Source of the DNA: an uncultured Gammaproteobacteria bacterium
Lineage (GTDB): Bacteria > Pseudomonadota > Gammaproteobacteria > Steroidobacterales > MnTg04
Reading direction: 5' to 3'
Length of the DNA: 64,000 bases
Assembly (NCBI GenBank): GCA_964568075.1
Contig: CAZMOM010000002.1
Location: 32,398-96,397 of the forward strand
Of the stretch, positions 35,769 to 48,611 are shown piece after piece; within the stretch, counting starts at the first letter, position 1, and every line of letters begins with the position of its first letter. The notes under the pieces are model-generated. The model saw only the letters and a list, made by a program, of their open reading frames with translations. It made no database searches and was not told the DNA's origin. A program made the translations under genes and the position numbers.

Positions 35769-36128
35769 TTTAGACAGTGAATATCCCTTTTGTAGAATCA
35801 GCCCAACCTGGCGGGTCGTCGGACGTGCGTTTGTCTAAAGTGACCCACAGTTATTGGTAAAAGTTCAGCTTGTCTTGTGTTGCGTCGCGCCATGTTCCCT
35901 CTGTCGGGATCAGCCGCAGTCGCTCTCCAATCGGTTGTACACCACGAGTGCCGGCCGCTGCAAGAGCAGCGAGTCGAAGCCTTTTGCGCCGGATGATGCC
36001 ATAGTGCCCGGACATCGGGGTGCCGCGCACATCGAGCAAAAACTTGAAGGGCGGACCGGTCCAGGTATAGATTTGGAGCGTTGCCGATCCGAGCGTTCGG
36101 CGTTCGCTTGCGCAACTGATCGGACCCC

Positions 36129-37652
36129 ATGCTGTCAAAACCACTGGAGATATCAGCCATGCCAGAAAATTACGCCGGGATTGGATGCGCGTACACGTTG
36201 CGCCCAATGCTCTGCCTTGCACTCGTCGGGCTTTTGCTGACTTCCTGCGCGTCGAACCCCACCGGCGGCACTGATTTCGTCCTGATGTCCGAAGAGAAAG
36301 AACTGCAGATCGGTGCCGAAATGCATCCGCAGATCATTAGACAATATGGCGTTTACCGAGATCAGAATTTGCAGGGCTATGTCAACCGGATCGGTCAAAA
36401 ACTGGCGGCAGTGAGCCACAGGCCAGAGCTCACCTATCATTTTACCGTGCTTGATGACGACACGGTCAACGCCTTCGCGACGCCTGGTGGATACATTTAT
36501 ATCACGCGAGGAATAATGGCCTATCTCGGTTCCGAAGCGGAGCTGGCTGCAATCATCGGCCATGAAATCGCTCATGTCACCGCACGGCACGCGGTACAGC
36601 AACATGGGAAGTCATCTATTCTCAGAGTGCTGAGTACTGTGGTTGGATTGGCAACACCTTTTCAGACCGGCGGTGTTTTGACCGACTATGTCGGTGGCGC
36701 ATTGTTAAGTGGCTTTGGCAGAAAAGCGGAACTTGAAGCGGATGAACTGGGAGCGGAATACATAGCGAAGGCCGGGTATCAGCCGGAGTCTTTGCTGAAG
36801 ACCCTCGGTGTGATGAAGCAATTAGAGTTGTTCGAACTGGAACAGGCGAAGCAGGAAGGGCGTGAGGCGCAGGTTTACCACGGGATTTTCGCCACTCATC
36901 CTGACCACGACACACGGTTGCAGGAGGTTGTCAGGTCCGCGGACAAACTGCAGGTGCGCTCGGACGCGATAGTTAAATCCGAGGTTTATCTGCGCCAGAT
37001 CAGGGGCCTGGCGTATGGCGATTCAAGCGCCAACCGGGTCATCCGGGACAACCGCTTTTATGACCGGACGCTGGGAATAAAGGTTGCGTTTCCCGATGGC
37101 TGGGTAGTCAGAAATTTGAAGAATAGAGTTATTGCGACTTCGGAAAACGGCGATGCCACGTTGTATTTTAGTTCGATCCGTATTGGTGATAATCCCGTTC
37201 CAAAAACCATTCTTCGGCAAAAAATGGGTGCGAAAAATACTCGCGACACCCGTAACATTACGATTGACGGGTTGCGGTCCTATCTCGCTATATCCGATTT
37301 TACAGAATCCCTTTACGGGAAACGGCCAGTTCGCTATGCGCTTATCATGGATGGGCGAAGAAAAATAGGGTACATATTTGCCGGGGCCGGCCGCAACGAC
37401 CGGCACAATATTTCTGCCGATGCTGATTTTATCAAGACCATTTTTAGTTTTGACCGCATGACAAGAGATGACTATCGACTGGCCAGAGTTCCGGTAATCG
37501 GCCTCCTGCGAGCGGATGGCGTCGCCGGGTACGCCGCAATTTCGGAAGACTCCCCTTTGCAGTCGCATGCCGAGGATCAGATTCGCTTACTCAATCGCGC
37601 TTATCCAACCGGTGAGCCCGAGGCAGGCAGTATTATCAAAGTTGTTGAATGA
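36129..37652 (+). CDS. M48 family metalloprotease (lipoprotein) with long C-terminal extension
   Basis: It has the HExxH motif IIGHEIAHVTARH and the lipobox region LALVGLLLTSCAS. The start is ambiguous (36129, 36159 or 36207). Confidence 0.8.
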   Translation: MLSKPLEISAMPENYAGIGCAYTLRPMLCLALVGLLLTSCASNPTGGTDFVLMSEEKELQIGAEMHPQIIRQYGVYRDQNLQGYVNRIGQKLAAVSHRPELTYHFTVLDDDTVNAFATPGGYIYITRGIMAYLGSEAELAAIIGHEIAHVTARHAVQQHGKSSILRVLSTVVGLATPFQTGGVLTDYVGGALLSGFGRKAELEADELGAEYIAKAGYQPESLLKTLGVMKQLELFELEQAKQEGREAQVYHGIFATHPDHDTRLQEVVRSADKLQVRSDAIVKSEVYLRQIRGLAYGDSSANRVIRDNRFYDRTLGIKVAFPDGWVVRNLKNRVIATSENGDATLYFSSIRIGDNPVPKTILRQKMGAKNTRDTRNITIDGLRSYLAISDFTESLYGKRPVRYALIMDGRRKIGYIFAGAGRNDRHNISADADFIKTIFSFDRMTRDDYRLARVPVIGLLRADGVAGYAAISEDSPLQSHAEDQIRLLNRAYPTGEPEAGSIIKVVE

Positions 37653-37713
37653 ATTGGCCGGTTGCCAAACTCTCCCATTCAGTCAAATCCGATCACTTTA
37701 TCAGGGTCAAATA

Positions 37714-38844
37714 ATGCACATTTTTTGCTCGACTTTTCGAACACGCCTGCTGGTCTTTGTGTTGCTGCTTCTTTTTAACATGGCAGGCATAGCCCAGGGA
37801 CAAGGCACAGATACGGACGAACAAGACGAAGCATTGTGGAAAGTATTCGAAGACATCCGGCCTTCGGTGGTCACGTTGAGAGCGTTCGACGCCAACGACA
37901 GGCTGCGAAACGTCAGCAGCGGCTTCATCGTATCCGACGACGGTCTGATCGCAACAAATCTGAAACTTCTGGACGGAATTTCCCGCATCGAAATGCAGAC
38001 CGCCGATGAGCGCACCCGGGACATCCATCTAATTGCGGCTACGGACTCAAACTGGGGTATTGCGTTATTGCGATCCGCTGACAAGATATCGCCGCGGTTA
38101 ACGTTGAAATCTGACAGCAGAGCAAATATTGGCGACGACATCATTGTCATTGGCAGCCCGCAGGGCATTAATGTCACATTGTCCCAGGGATCCGTAGTCT
38201 CGTTTATCGAGCATCGTGGCAACGATCGGCTGATGCAGATTTCCAACGATTTTAGTCCGGGCATGATTGGAGGACCGGTACTCAACGAATCGGGAGAAGT
38301 GGTTGGAATATTGACATTCGTTATGAGATCCGGTCGACCGGCGCATTTGGCCGTCCCCGTCGATGTTGTGCTGGGCATGATGGAAACCAGTCTGACATCG
38401 GCTACCGAGCGGGATCTCAAGCCATTGCAAAGAAGAATCGCAGAATTAAAAACCCAGCTAGACGAACTTCGCCAGGGACTCGAAGCACAATGCAGCGATG
38501 ACGATATCGCACTGATCGATTCGGTTATCCGCAATGCGATCAAGTCAGGCGCAGTCATCTTCAATAAGGGCGATACTTTGGCGTGTTTCAGAATTTATGA
38601 AGGCGCGAGTTACCAGATACTTTACCGCATCCACGACAGGTGCAAGATCGCGAGTCGCTTTCTGGAAAAAACGCTGTTTGAAGCGGCTACAATACGCGAC
38701 CCGGGACAATACGATTCACTGTCAGCCGCCCGGGCCTGGATCATGCGCGGCGCGTTTGACTCACTGACCGGGGACCGAAACCGGCCAATTGAGGGACAAC
38801 AAGCCATTTCCGGGACGCGAACGGACGACGAAACCGGGACCTGA
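37714..38844 (+). CDS. Secreted trypsin-fold (S1C/HtrA-like) pseudoprotease with coiled-coil/helical C-terminal domain
   Basis: The start ATG 37714 gives the signal MHIFCSTFRTRLLVFVLLLLFNMAGIAQG. The fold motifs align to HtrA, but the catalytic positions read TNLKLL (His to Lys), GIALLR (Asp to Gly) and PGMIGGP (Ser to Ile). Confidence 0.65.
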   Translation: MHIFCSTFRTRLLVFVLLLLFNMAGIAQGQGTDTDEQDEALWKVFEDIRPSVVTLRAFDANDRLRNVSSGFIVSDDGLIATNLKLLDGISRIEMQTADERTRDIHLIAATDSNWGIALLRSADKISPRLTLKSDSRANIGDDIIVIGSPQGINVTLSQGSVVSFIEHRGNDRLMQISNDFSPGMIGGPVLNESGEVVGILTFVMRSGRPAHLAVPVDVVLGMMETSLTSATERDLKPLQRRIAELKTQLDELRQGLEAQCSDDDIALIDSVIRNAIKSGAVIFNKGDTLACFRIYEGASYQILYRIHDRCKIASRFLEKTLFEAATIRDPGQYDSLSAARAWIMRGAFDSLTGDRNRPIEGQQAISGTRTDDETGT

Positions 38845-38871
38845 CACCCAGTTGTTTATGCCACCCGGAAA

Positions 38872-41091
38872 CTAAAAGACCTGGCCCACGTAGAAAAAGG
38901 CATTTCCTTTTCCGCCTTCGGCGAGTCCATATCCGAGATACACAGGCCCGAAAAAAGAATCCAGACCAAAATACAGGCTGCCGGCCCAGAGGCCATTATC
39001 GAACCGAAAATCGCTCCTGGTCTGCCACACGTTCCCGTACTCCAGACTGAGACCGAGATACATCGGCAGCAAATTGAATCGACCGATTCGGCGACGATAG
39101 TCCGCGGATAACAAGCCCGAGTGTTGCCCGCTCAGCTCGTCGATCTGATACCCGGACAACCGACCGAAACCGCCCAGGCGGAATAGATTATGAATCGGCG
39201 CATCGTCATCCTTTGTTGAATTCAGTATCACCTTCAGGGTGAGCGTATTTCGCCCTCGCGGTAGCGCGACGCCCGCTTCCAGGCCGATCTGCTCGAAAGA
39301 ATCATCGGACCCCAAAGATTGCCTTGATCCAAGGTACTGAATCGAGCCCCATGTACCTGACAGCGGGAAAAAAAGATTGTCCAGCTCATCCCAGGCAAAG
39401 CGGACCAAAAACTCGCCGCCGTCAAACTTCTGTTGAGGAGTCAGCGGATCTCCAATTCTGATCTGGGTATGCCCATGAAATCTGCGGATGCCGGCGCTCA
39501 GCGCGCCCCAGGTTCCGAATTCGCGTCCGGCGAACAACGATCCTTGTTTGCCCGATAACTGAAACTGAGACGTAATCTCGCCCTGCGTGTCAAACACGTT
39601 GACGAAACGCTCCAGCAAACTAATGCGGGAATGGAAAAAATACTCTCCGGCATAATCCAGCGGCTGGTGGAGCTCGGTCGCTATCTGTGATTGATCGCCA
39701 AACCTGGCAATCGTTCGCCATTCTCCGCCTCGCGAATTGATTGGCATCCTGGTGTAGGCAACTGTCAGGCTGAATTTGTTATCGCCCCCAAAGTCGTCGG
39801 CGAAGGAGGCTCCAAATTGCAGGTAGTTCGGTCCCCACGATCGCTCTTTTGCTCTGATTACCAGCGTATTGACTGCGCCCTGTTCAATGACCTCATAAGT
39901 GACCGACGAGAAAAGCTCGAGACCATAAACTCGCGAAAGATCCCGGGAAAGCGCATCTGAATCCAGCGGCTCGCCCATTTCCACATTCAAATAGCTTTCG
40001 ATAAGACGGTCGGCTACGGTGGACTCGTTATCGATCCGCATCGCGTGAATGACCGGCATGCCCGACCTCGAATCGAGCCGGGCTCTAAGTTTTAAATCGT
40101 AACCGCTTGCATCCATTGCCAGTTCCTGCAAACGACGTCGATATCCACTGGCCGCGATGCGACCTCTTTCGACGATCGAACTGGTCTTGCCGAATGTTGA
40201 GCTGGTAATACCGTCCAGCTCCGGAACGATTAATATATCGCCATCGCCAAGCGTGGCTATTTGTCGTTCGGTGCTGCGTCTCGTCACGAGGATACTCAAT
40301 TGCTCTGTGATCGAAATTATTGAGTCCAATTCCTCCCTTGGCATCAGCGGCGTACTGACATCCACGGCGATAACGATGTCTGCTCCCATATCGCGAACGA
40401 CGTCGACTGGCAGGTTGTTCGCAATCCCGCCATCGACGAGCAATCGTCCATCGGTATTCGCCGGCGCGATCAACACAGGTATCGACATGCTCGCCCGTAT
40501 CGCCTCCGCGAGGCTCCCTTCTTTCAAAACCACCTGCTCGCCGGTCGCAAGGTCCGTCGCAACCGCCCGAAACGGAATGGCAAGCTGGCTAAAATCACCA
40601 GGCACCCGGCGGGCGCCAAAATGACGTTTAAAAAGCAGGTCTATCTTCTGGCCATCGAGAATACCCGGCGGAAACTTTAGTTCGCCAGCGGAAAACCCCG
40701 GACGACTTTTGATCAAAAACAGATCGTCGTCCCGCTTGCGCCGGAATGAGCGATCCTTTCGCGGGATGCGGTCATCATAGGCATCTTCCCAGCTGACACC
40801 GGCGACGACATCCTCGATTTGCTCAACGGAAAGACCAGCGGCATAAAACCCGCCAACGATGGCTCCCATGCTGGTGCCGGCAATGTAATCGATCGGTACG
40901 TGGTACTCCTCCAGGAATCTTAATACGCCGATGTGAGCTGCGCCCCTGGAACCGCCTCCGCTCAGCGCCAGCCCTATCCTGGGTCTGTCGGCGCTGTCCG
41001 CTATCCCGGTCTGATCGACTGCGTTTTGCGCGGCCAGTGTCTGCGAAGCAGCCCAGCCGGCCAGCAGGATAACGGTACAAATCGTCTTCAT
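38872..41091 (-). CDS. Patatin-like phospholipase fused to POTRA/Omp85-type beta-barrel (PlpD-like, type Vd secretion architecture)
   Basis: A signal peptide is followed by the patatin motifs GLALSGGGSRGAAHIGV and GTSMGAIVGG (GxSxG). The C-terminal half is rich in beta-strands and ends GNAFFYVGQVF, an aromatic terminus typical of outer-membrane barrels. Confidence 0.8.
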   Translation of the reverse strand: MKTICTVILLAGWAASQTLAAQNAVDQTGIADSADRPRIGLALSGGGSRGAAHIGVLRFLEEYHVPIDYIAGTSMGAIVGGFYAAGLSVEQIEDVVAGVSWEDAYDDRIPRKDRSFRRKRDDDLFLIKSRPGFSAGELKFPPGILDGQKIDLLFKRHFGARRVPGDFSQLAIPFRAVATDLATGEQVVLKEGSLAEAIRASMSIPVLIAPANTDGRLLVDGGIANNLPVDVVRDMGADIVIAVDVSTPLMPREELDSIISITEQLSILVTRRSTERQIATLGDGDILIVPELDGITSSTFGKTSSIVERGRIAASGYRRRLQELAMDASGYDLKLRARLDSRSGMPVIHAMRIDNESTVADRLIESYLNVEMGEPLDSDALSRDLSRVYGLELFSSVTYEVIEQGAVNTLVIRAKERSWGPNYLQFGASFADDFGGDNKFSLTVAYTRMPINSRGGEWRTIARFGDQSQIATELHQPLDYAGEYFFHSRISLLERFVNVFDTQGEITSQFQLSGKQGSLFAGREFGTWGALSAGIRRFHGHTQIRIGDPLTPQQKFDGGEFLVRFAWDELDNLFFPLSGTWGSIQYLGSRQSLGSDDSFEQIGLEAGVALPRGRNTLTLKVILNSTKDDDAPIHNLFRLGGFGRLSGYQIDELSGQHSGLLSADYRRRIGRFNLLPMYLGLSLEYGNVWQTRSDFRFDNGLWAGSLYFGLDSFFGPVYLGYGLAEGGKGNAFFYVGQVF

Positions 41092-41274
41092 TTCAGACCC
41101 TTGAGAAAATGGTTGTGCGGCTCACAATCGAACCCGAGCGCAATCATACCTGCATTGCTAAATGTAAATACTTGAACCACTCGGACTTCCCCCGCACATT
41201 TGGCCTGCGTATGATTCACAGACTTGGTCTCCTGCCACACACACTTCGCTATTAACTGACGGAACACTGTATCG

Positions 41275-43875
<2,601 letters not shown>

Positions 43876-43902
43876 TTGTCAGTTCCTGAATGAATCCCGG
43901 GT

Positions 43903-44772
43903 TTATTGTGCGCCGCGGGCTGATTTCAGATAATCGAAAAACTCGCTATCCGGATCGATAACGAAGAGATCTCTCTGTCCACTAAACGCCGAACGGTACG
44001 CCTGGAGGCTCCGATGGAAAGAATAAAATTCCGCATCCTGACGAAAGGCGTCCGCGTAAATCGCCGCAGCTTTGGCATCGCCTTCACCACGGATGATTTC
44101 CGACTGCTTGTAGGCTTCCGCCAGCAATATGGTTCTTTCGCGATCGGCATTCGATTTGATTTCTTCTGCCCGTTCCGCACCTTCGGCCCTGAGTTGCTTG
44201 GCGATACGGACTCTCTCCTGACGCATGCGTTCGAATACCGACCCGCTGACTTCATCGGGCAGATCGATTCGCTTGACGCGAACATCGATTAACTTGATGC
44301 CCAGTTCCGACGCAACTTCCGTCGTGTCGACCAGCATGGCATCCATAAAATCGGATCGCTCAGCGGAAACCAGTTGTTGAATACTTCTCTCCGCAACCGC
44401 CCTGCGCAAACCGTCGGTAATGATCGAAAGCAGGCGTGTGACCGCAATCTGCTCGCTGCCACCCGTGGCCCGATAAAAAAGACCGACATCGGTAATGCGC
44501 CATTTGACGAAGAAATCGACCAGCACGTACTTCGTGCCAGCGGTCAAAAATCGCTCCGGTCGTTTGTCGACGGTCATCAGACGTTTTTCAAATTTTATCA
44601 CGTTGTCGATCGGCCACTTGAAATGCAGGCCTGGCTCATGATCGGACTGGATAATTTCACCAAACCGGAACCGCAGCGCCAGTTCGGTTTCCAAGACCGT
44701 AAAGAAAGACATGCTGGCAACCAGCGCACCAACCAAAAGAACCATAACGGCGCCAATACCTCTGAAATTCAT
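43903..44772 (-). CDS. hflC: Protease modulator HflC (SPFH/band-7)
   Basis: The 289-aa protein has an N-terminal TM and an SPFH domain. The gene is downstream of hflK, overlapping it by 4 nt. Confidence 0.9.
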   Translation of the reverse strand: MNFRGIGAVMVLLVGALVASMSFFTVLETELALRFRFGEIIQSDHEPGLHFKWPIDNVIKFEKRLMTVDKRPERFLTAGTKYVLVDFFVKWRITDVGLFYRATGGSEQIAVTRLLSIITDGLRRAVAERSIQQLVSAERSDFMDAMLVDTTEVASELGIKLIDVRVKRIDLPDEVSGSVFERMRQERVRIAKQLRAEGAERAEEIKSNADRERTILLAEAYKQSEIIRGEGDAKAAAIYADAFRQDAEFYSFHRSLQAYRSAFSGQRDLFVIDPDSEFFDYLKSARGAQ

Positions 44773-45881
44773 CGCCTTGTCCTCCCGCTGCGCTCCTCAT
44801 CCCTTTGTGAGCCCGGGCCATTGTTGTCTGTCGCCGGTCCCAGATTTATCGTCCCCGCGCCTCCCTGACGCCGCTGCTCCATCAGTTTATCCACCGGCAG
44901 ATAAAGCAAATTGCCACTGGCCGCCGCGTCCAGAAAAACCTTGCTGACTGACCCGTAAACTTCCTCGATGGTCTGCAGGTACAACCGTTTTCGAGTCACG
45001 TCGGGCGCCTTGCGATATTCGGCAAGCAGGGCCAGGAAGCGGCTGGATTCACCTTCGGCGTCTGCCACCACGCGGGCCTTGTGTGCTTCGGCATCCTGAA
45101 TCTGCCTGACCGCCTTGCCGCGGGCCCGGGGCAGGATATCGTTCTCGTAAGCTTCCGCTTCGAGGATCAGGCGTTCCTGGTCTTCGCCCGCTCGGGTCGC
45201 GTCATCCACCGCTGCCTGGACCTGGGCCGGCGGCGTCGCGTTCACCAGGTTGACGACCATGATTTCTATGCCGGTGCCATACTGATCCAGCGTTTGTTGC
45301 AACAGTTGTTTGGTTCTGTCGACAATTTCAGCCCGGCCGAAACCCATGACTTTTTGCGCGGTGCTGGTGCCGACCACTTCACGAATAGCGCTCTGGCTGA
45401 CTTCGGAAAGAGACAGGCTCGGGTTTCTGACGTTGAAGACCCACGCTTTGGCATCGCTGCGCCGGTACTGCACCGACATCTCGATAGAGACGATATTTTC
45501 ATCGGTGGTCAGCATCTGCGTCTGGTGGTCGTACTCCTCGGTATTGGCGATGTTGACCTTGATGACTTCGTCGATCAGAGGAATCCGCCAATGCAGTCCT
45601 GGTTGAGTCGTGGTCGTGTATTTCCCGAAACGAAGAATGACGCCTTGCTCGGGCGCATCGATTTTATAAAAACCGCCCGCCAACAGCGCGCCGATGATCA
45701 GCGCTGCGATCAATCCGAAACTGAACCCACCCAGGCCCGATCTACCGCCACCACCGGATCCCCCGAACAGACTGCCCAAACGTTCCTGCATTTTTTTAAC
45801 GACCTCGTCCAGATCGGGCGGACCTTGCTGAGGATCCTTATTCCATGGACTCTTGCCGTTTCCCGAGTCATTCCACGCCAT
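44769..45881 (-). CDS. hflK: Protease modulator HflK (SPFH/band-7)
   Basis: The start MAWNDSGNGKSPWNKDPQQGPPDLDEVVKK is a typical HflK N-terminus. An SPFH domain and a coiled coil follow. Confidence 0.9.
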   Translation of the reverse strand: MAWNDSGNGKSPWNKDPQQGPPDLDEVVKKMQERLGSLFGGSGGGGRSGLGGFSFGLIAALIIGALLAGGFYKIDAPEQGVILRFGKYTTTTQPGLHWRIPLIDEVIKVNIANTEEYDHQTQMLTTDENIVSIEMSVQYRRSDAKAWVFNVRNPSLSLSEVSQSAIREVVGTSTAQKVMGFGRAEIVDRTKQLLQQTLDQYGTGIEIMVVNLVNATPPAQVQAAVDDATRAGEDQERLILEAEAYENDILPRARGKAVRQIQDAEAHKARVVADAEGESSRFLALLAEYRKAPDVTRKRLYLQTIEEVYGSVSKVFLDAAASGNLLYLPVDKLMEQRRQGGAGTINLGPATDNNGPGSQRDEERSGRTRR

Positions 45882-45901
45882 ATGACACCATTCCTGATAA
45901 A

Positions 45902-47236
45902 TTAGTGCGCGACACCAGCGCGCAATTGTAGAAACCCCGCATCCGGTTCACAAGAAGATATCTTCAGTGCACCGGGGTCCAATTCCAGTCGCCTGCAAAG
46001 GCGCTCAAATTCTCTTATTTGCAACTCGATTTCCAGCTCGTAACCGCCACCATCAATACCGGCCTCAGCCAACACGCAGTCGAGCTCGTACAAACGTGCC
46101 CTCACGTCCGCCCGCTCGACACCTAGCGTCAACACGCCACGCACCTGATCCCGCAGGAAATGGTCCTGCAAAGCCTGGGCAACCAGATGCAGGCCGTCAC
46201 CGGTAATCGACGATAGCCACACGTTCGCTGTTCTATCGGCCAGCGCACGATCCAGTTTCGGGGGTTGATCACAAAGATCCGTCTTGTTAAAGACCCTGAT
46301 CTGAGGCACCCGATCGGCCCCTATCTCGGCCAGAATTTCGTTGACCTGTTGTTCTTTCTCGTCCCTGCTGGGATCGGCACCATCTATGACGTGCAACAGC
46401 AGGTCCGCTTCCCGCGTCTCGGTCAGCGTTGACCTGAACGCGGCAACGAGCTCGTGAGGCAAGTCGCGAACGAAACCCACAGTATCAGCCAGCACGATAT
46501 CGCCAGCCCCGCCCAGCGAATATTTTCGCAAGGTCGGGTCCAGCGATGCGAAAAGTTGGTCGGCAACGTAAACGCTTTCATTTGTAAGCGCGTTAAACAA
46601 GGTCGACTTTCCGGCGTTGGTGTAGCCAACCAATGCTACGGTTGGCACTTGGGAACGCCGTCTGTTTCGCCGGCTCATCGAACGGCGCCTTTGCACTTTA
46701 TCGAGCCGCCGGCGCAATTGTTTTATTCGTCCAGCGAGCAGGCGCCGGTCTGTCTCCAGCTGGGTTTCACCCGGTCCTCGCAAACCGATACCGCCTTTTT
46801 GTCTTTCGAGGTGGGTCCACCCACGGACGAGCCGGGTCGATAAATGTCTTAACTGCGCAAGTTCAACCTGGAGTTTGCCTTCCGAGCTCCGGGCGCGGTT
46901 GGCAAATATATCCAGGATCAAACCGGTGCGGTCCAGAACCCGGCACTCGATCGATCGCTCCAGATTTCTCTCCTGCGAAGGGCTGAGCGCGACGCTAAAC
47001 AACACGAGTTCCGCTTTTGCGGCCCTCACGGCATCGCCAATTTCCGCAACCTTTCCTGACCCAATGAAATAGCGTGAAGCCGGTGTTGAGCGGTTAATGA
47101 TCAACTCCGCTACGATTTGCGCACCAGCCGAGTCGGCAAGCGCTTTGAACTCATCTGTATCATGGTCGGACAGCGGGCTGCCGAGACCGATATGGACCAG
47201 ACAGGTTTTTTCACCTGATCTAGGGCGATCTATCAC
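45902..47236 (-). CDS. hflX: GTPase HflX
   Basis: GTPase motifs VALVGYTNAGKSTLFN, DTVGF and NKTD are present. The gene lies between hfq and hflK. Confidence 0.9.
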   Translation of the reverse strand: MIDRPRSGEKTCLVHIGLGSPLSDHDTDEFKALADSAGAQIVAELIINRSTPASRYFIGSGKVAEIGDAVRAAKAELVLFSVALSPSQERNLERSIECRVLDRTGLILDIFANRARSSEGKLQVELAQLRHLSTRLVRGWTHLERQKGGIGLRGPGETQLETDRRLLAGRIKQLRRRLDKVQRRRSMSRRNRRRSQVPTVALVGYTNAGKSTLFNALTNESVYVADQLFASLDPTLRKYSLGGAGDIVLADTVGFVRDLPHELVAAFRSTLTETREADLLLHVIDGADPSRDEKEQQVNEILAEIGADRVPQIRVFNKTDLCDQPPKLDRALADRTANVWLSSITGDGLHLVAQALQDHFLRDQVRGVLTLGVERADVRARLYELDCVLAEAGIDGGGYELEIELQIREFERLCRRLELDPGALKISSCEPDAGFLQLRAGVAH

Positions 47237-47254
47237 ACTACTCCTGCAAACCGT

Positions 47255-47539
47255 TCATTCCGTGGAATCGGTATCACCGGCATCGCCAGCACCATCGCCG
47301 CCATCCTTATGTTGGTCGTCGCTCATCGGGAGCTTGACGTTGCGAGCCGGCACCACGGTCGATATGGCATGTTTATAGACCATCTGGTTCACACTGTTTC
47401 GCAGTAGAACCACAAACTGGTCAAAAGAATCGATCTGGCCCTGCAATTTGATACCGTTTACCAGGTAGACGGAAACGGGCACTCTCTCCTTGCGCAGGGC
47501 GTTTAAGAAAGGATCCTGTAAAGATTGTCCCTTGGCCAT
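47255..47539 (-). CDS. hfq: RNA chaperone Hfq
   Basis: [48 protein letters not shown] is canonical Hfq. The C-terminal tail is acidic and Gly/Asp-rich. Confidence 0.95.
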   Translation of the reverse strand: MAKGQSLQDPFLNALRKERVPVSVYLVNGIKLQGQIDSFDQFVVLLRNSVNQMVYKHAISTVVPARNVKLPMSDDQHKDGGDGAGDAGDTDSTE

Positions 47540-47660
47540 TTATTTCTCCTTATTATTCAAGGCCTTCGTATTGTTTTTGTCGCCACATACGCCCGGCCGC
47601 CAGTCGCATAGCGGGCAGATAGTCGGGCGGATACCTAAATTTTAGCACAGTGGCGGAGAC

Positions 47661-48611
47661 TTACCCGTGAATTTCAAGCCATTGACTCACCATGCAATTA
47701 ATGGGGTCAAGTGGCGAATCTTCAAGGACTGGCACCATTTCGAGTGTCTCGTCCGCCCTGAGCCAGGTCATCTGGCGTTTTGCCAGCCGTCGCGTTGCGA
47801 CTCTCGCTTCGTCAATCGCCTGCTTGAATCCGATCTCGCCACTTAAATAGCGCCACAACTGACGATATCCGACAGCACGAATAGCCGGCAGGTCCGGGTG
47901 CAGGTCGTCCCGCCGATACAACGTTTCGACTTCTTTCAGAAATCCACGTTCGAGCATCGAATCGAGACGCTCGTCGATGCGCCCACTCAGTCGCTCACGG
48001 TCGTCCGGCCACAACGCTATGCGCAGGTAGCCGATCCGTTGTTCACCGACAGACTGGTTTTGCAAGTCGGTGATGTTCCGGCCGGTCAATTCAAATACCT
48101 CCAGCGCGCGCTGAATGCGTTGCGCATCGGTTGGCTTGATCCGGGCCGCTGCGACCGGGTCAATTTTCTTTAACCGCTGATGCATTGCCGGCCATCCGCT
48201 GCGCGCCGCCTCCGCGTCCAGGTTCTGTCTAATTTCGGTATTCGCGCCGGGTAAGTCAGCCAGCCCCTTTGTCAATGCACTGAAATATAACATCGTGCCA
48301 CCGACGAGGAGTGGCAGGCGATCGCGGCTTCGAATTTCACCGATCAATTGCAGGGAATCGCGGCGAAACTCGCCGGCCGAATAAGCATCCGCCGGGTCCC
48401 TGATATCGATCAGGTGGTGTATGGTCGACGCTCTTTCCGCAGCCGTTGGTTTTGCCGTCCCAATATCCATTCCGCGATACACCATCGCAGAATCCACGCT
48501 GATAATTTCGATTGGAAAACGCTTCGCCAGCCCAAGCGCGACAGCAGTTTTTCCGGTCGCGGTTGGGCCCATCAGCAAAATTGCAGACGATGCCGGTTGT
48601 GGCCTGGTCAT
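47661..48611 (-). CDS. miaA: tRNA dimethylallyltransferase
   Basis: The P-loop [14 protein letters not shown] is present. The synteny mutL-miaA-hfq is conserved, and the gene overlaps mutL by 4 nt. Confidence 0.9.
   Translation of the reverse strand: MTRPQPASSAILLMGPTATGKTAVALGLAKRFPIEIISVDSAMVYRGMDIGTAKPTAAERASTIHHLIDIRDPADAYSAGEFRRDSLQLIGEIRSRDRLPLLVGGTMLYFSALTKGLADLPGANTEIRQNLDAEAARSGWPAMHQRLKKIDPVAAARIKPTDAQRIQRALEVFELTGRNITDLQNQSVGEQRIGYLRIALWPDDRERLSGRIDERLDSMLERGFLKEVETLYRRDDLHPDLPAIRAVGYRQLWRYLSGEIGFKQAIDEARVATRRLAKRQMTWLRADETLEMVPVLEDSPLDPINCMVSQWLEIHG

Noticed and set aside
35851-36222. 123-aa minus-strand ORF (and the 128-aa plus-strand ORF 35854-36240) in the 360-bp gap upstream of the M48 gene
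   Set aside because: The segment YTWTGPPFKFLLDVRGTPMSGHYGIIRR looks vaguely protein-like. However, I recognised no domain, signal or Shine-Dalgarno sequence, and it overlaps the probable M48 start. I left it unannotated; it is worth a tblastn check.
37707-38564. 285-aa minus-strand ORF
   Set aside because: It is antisense to the trypsin-fold gene, which aligns block by block to HtrA.
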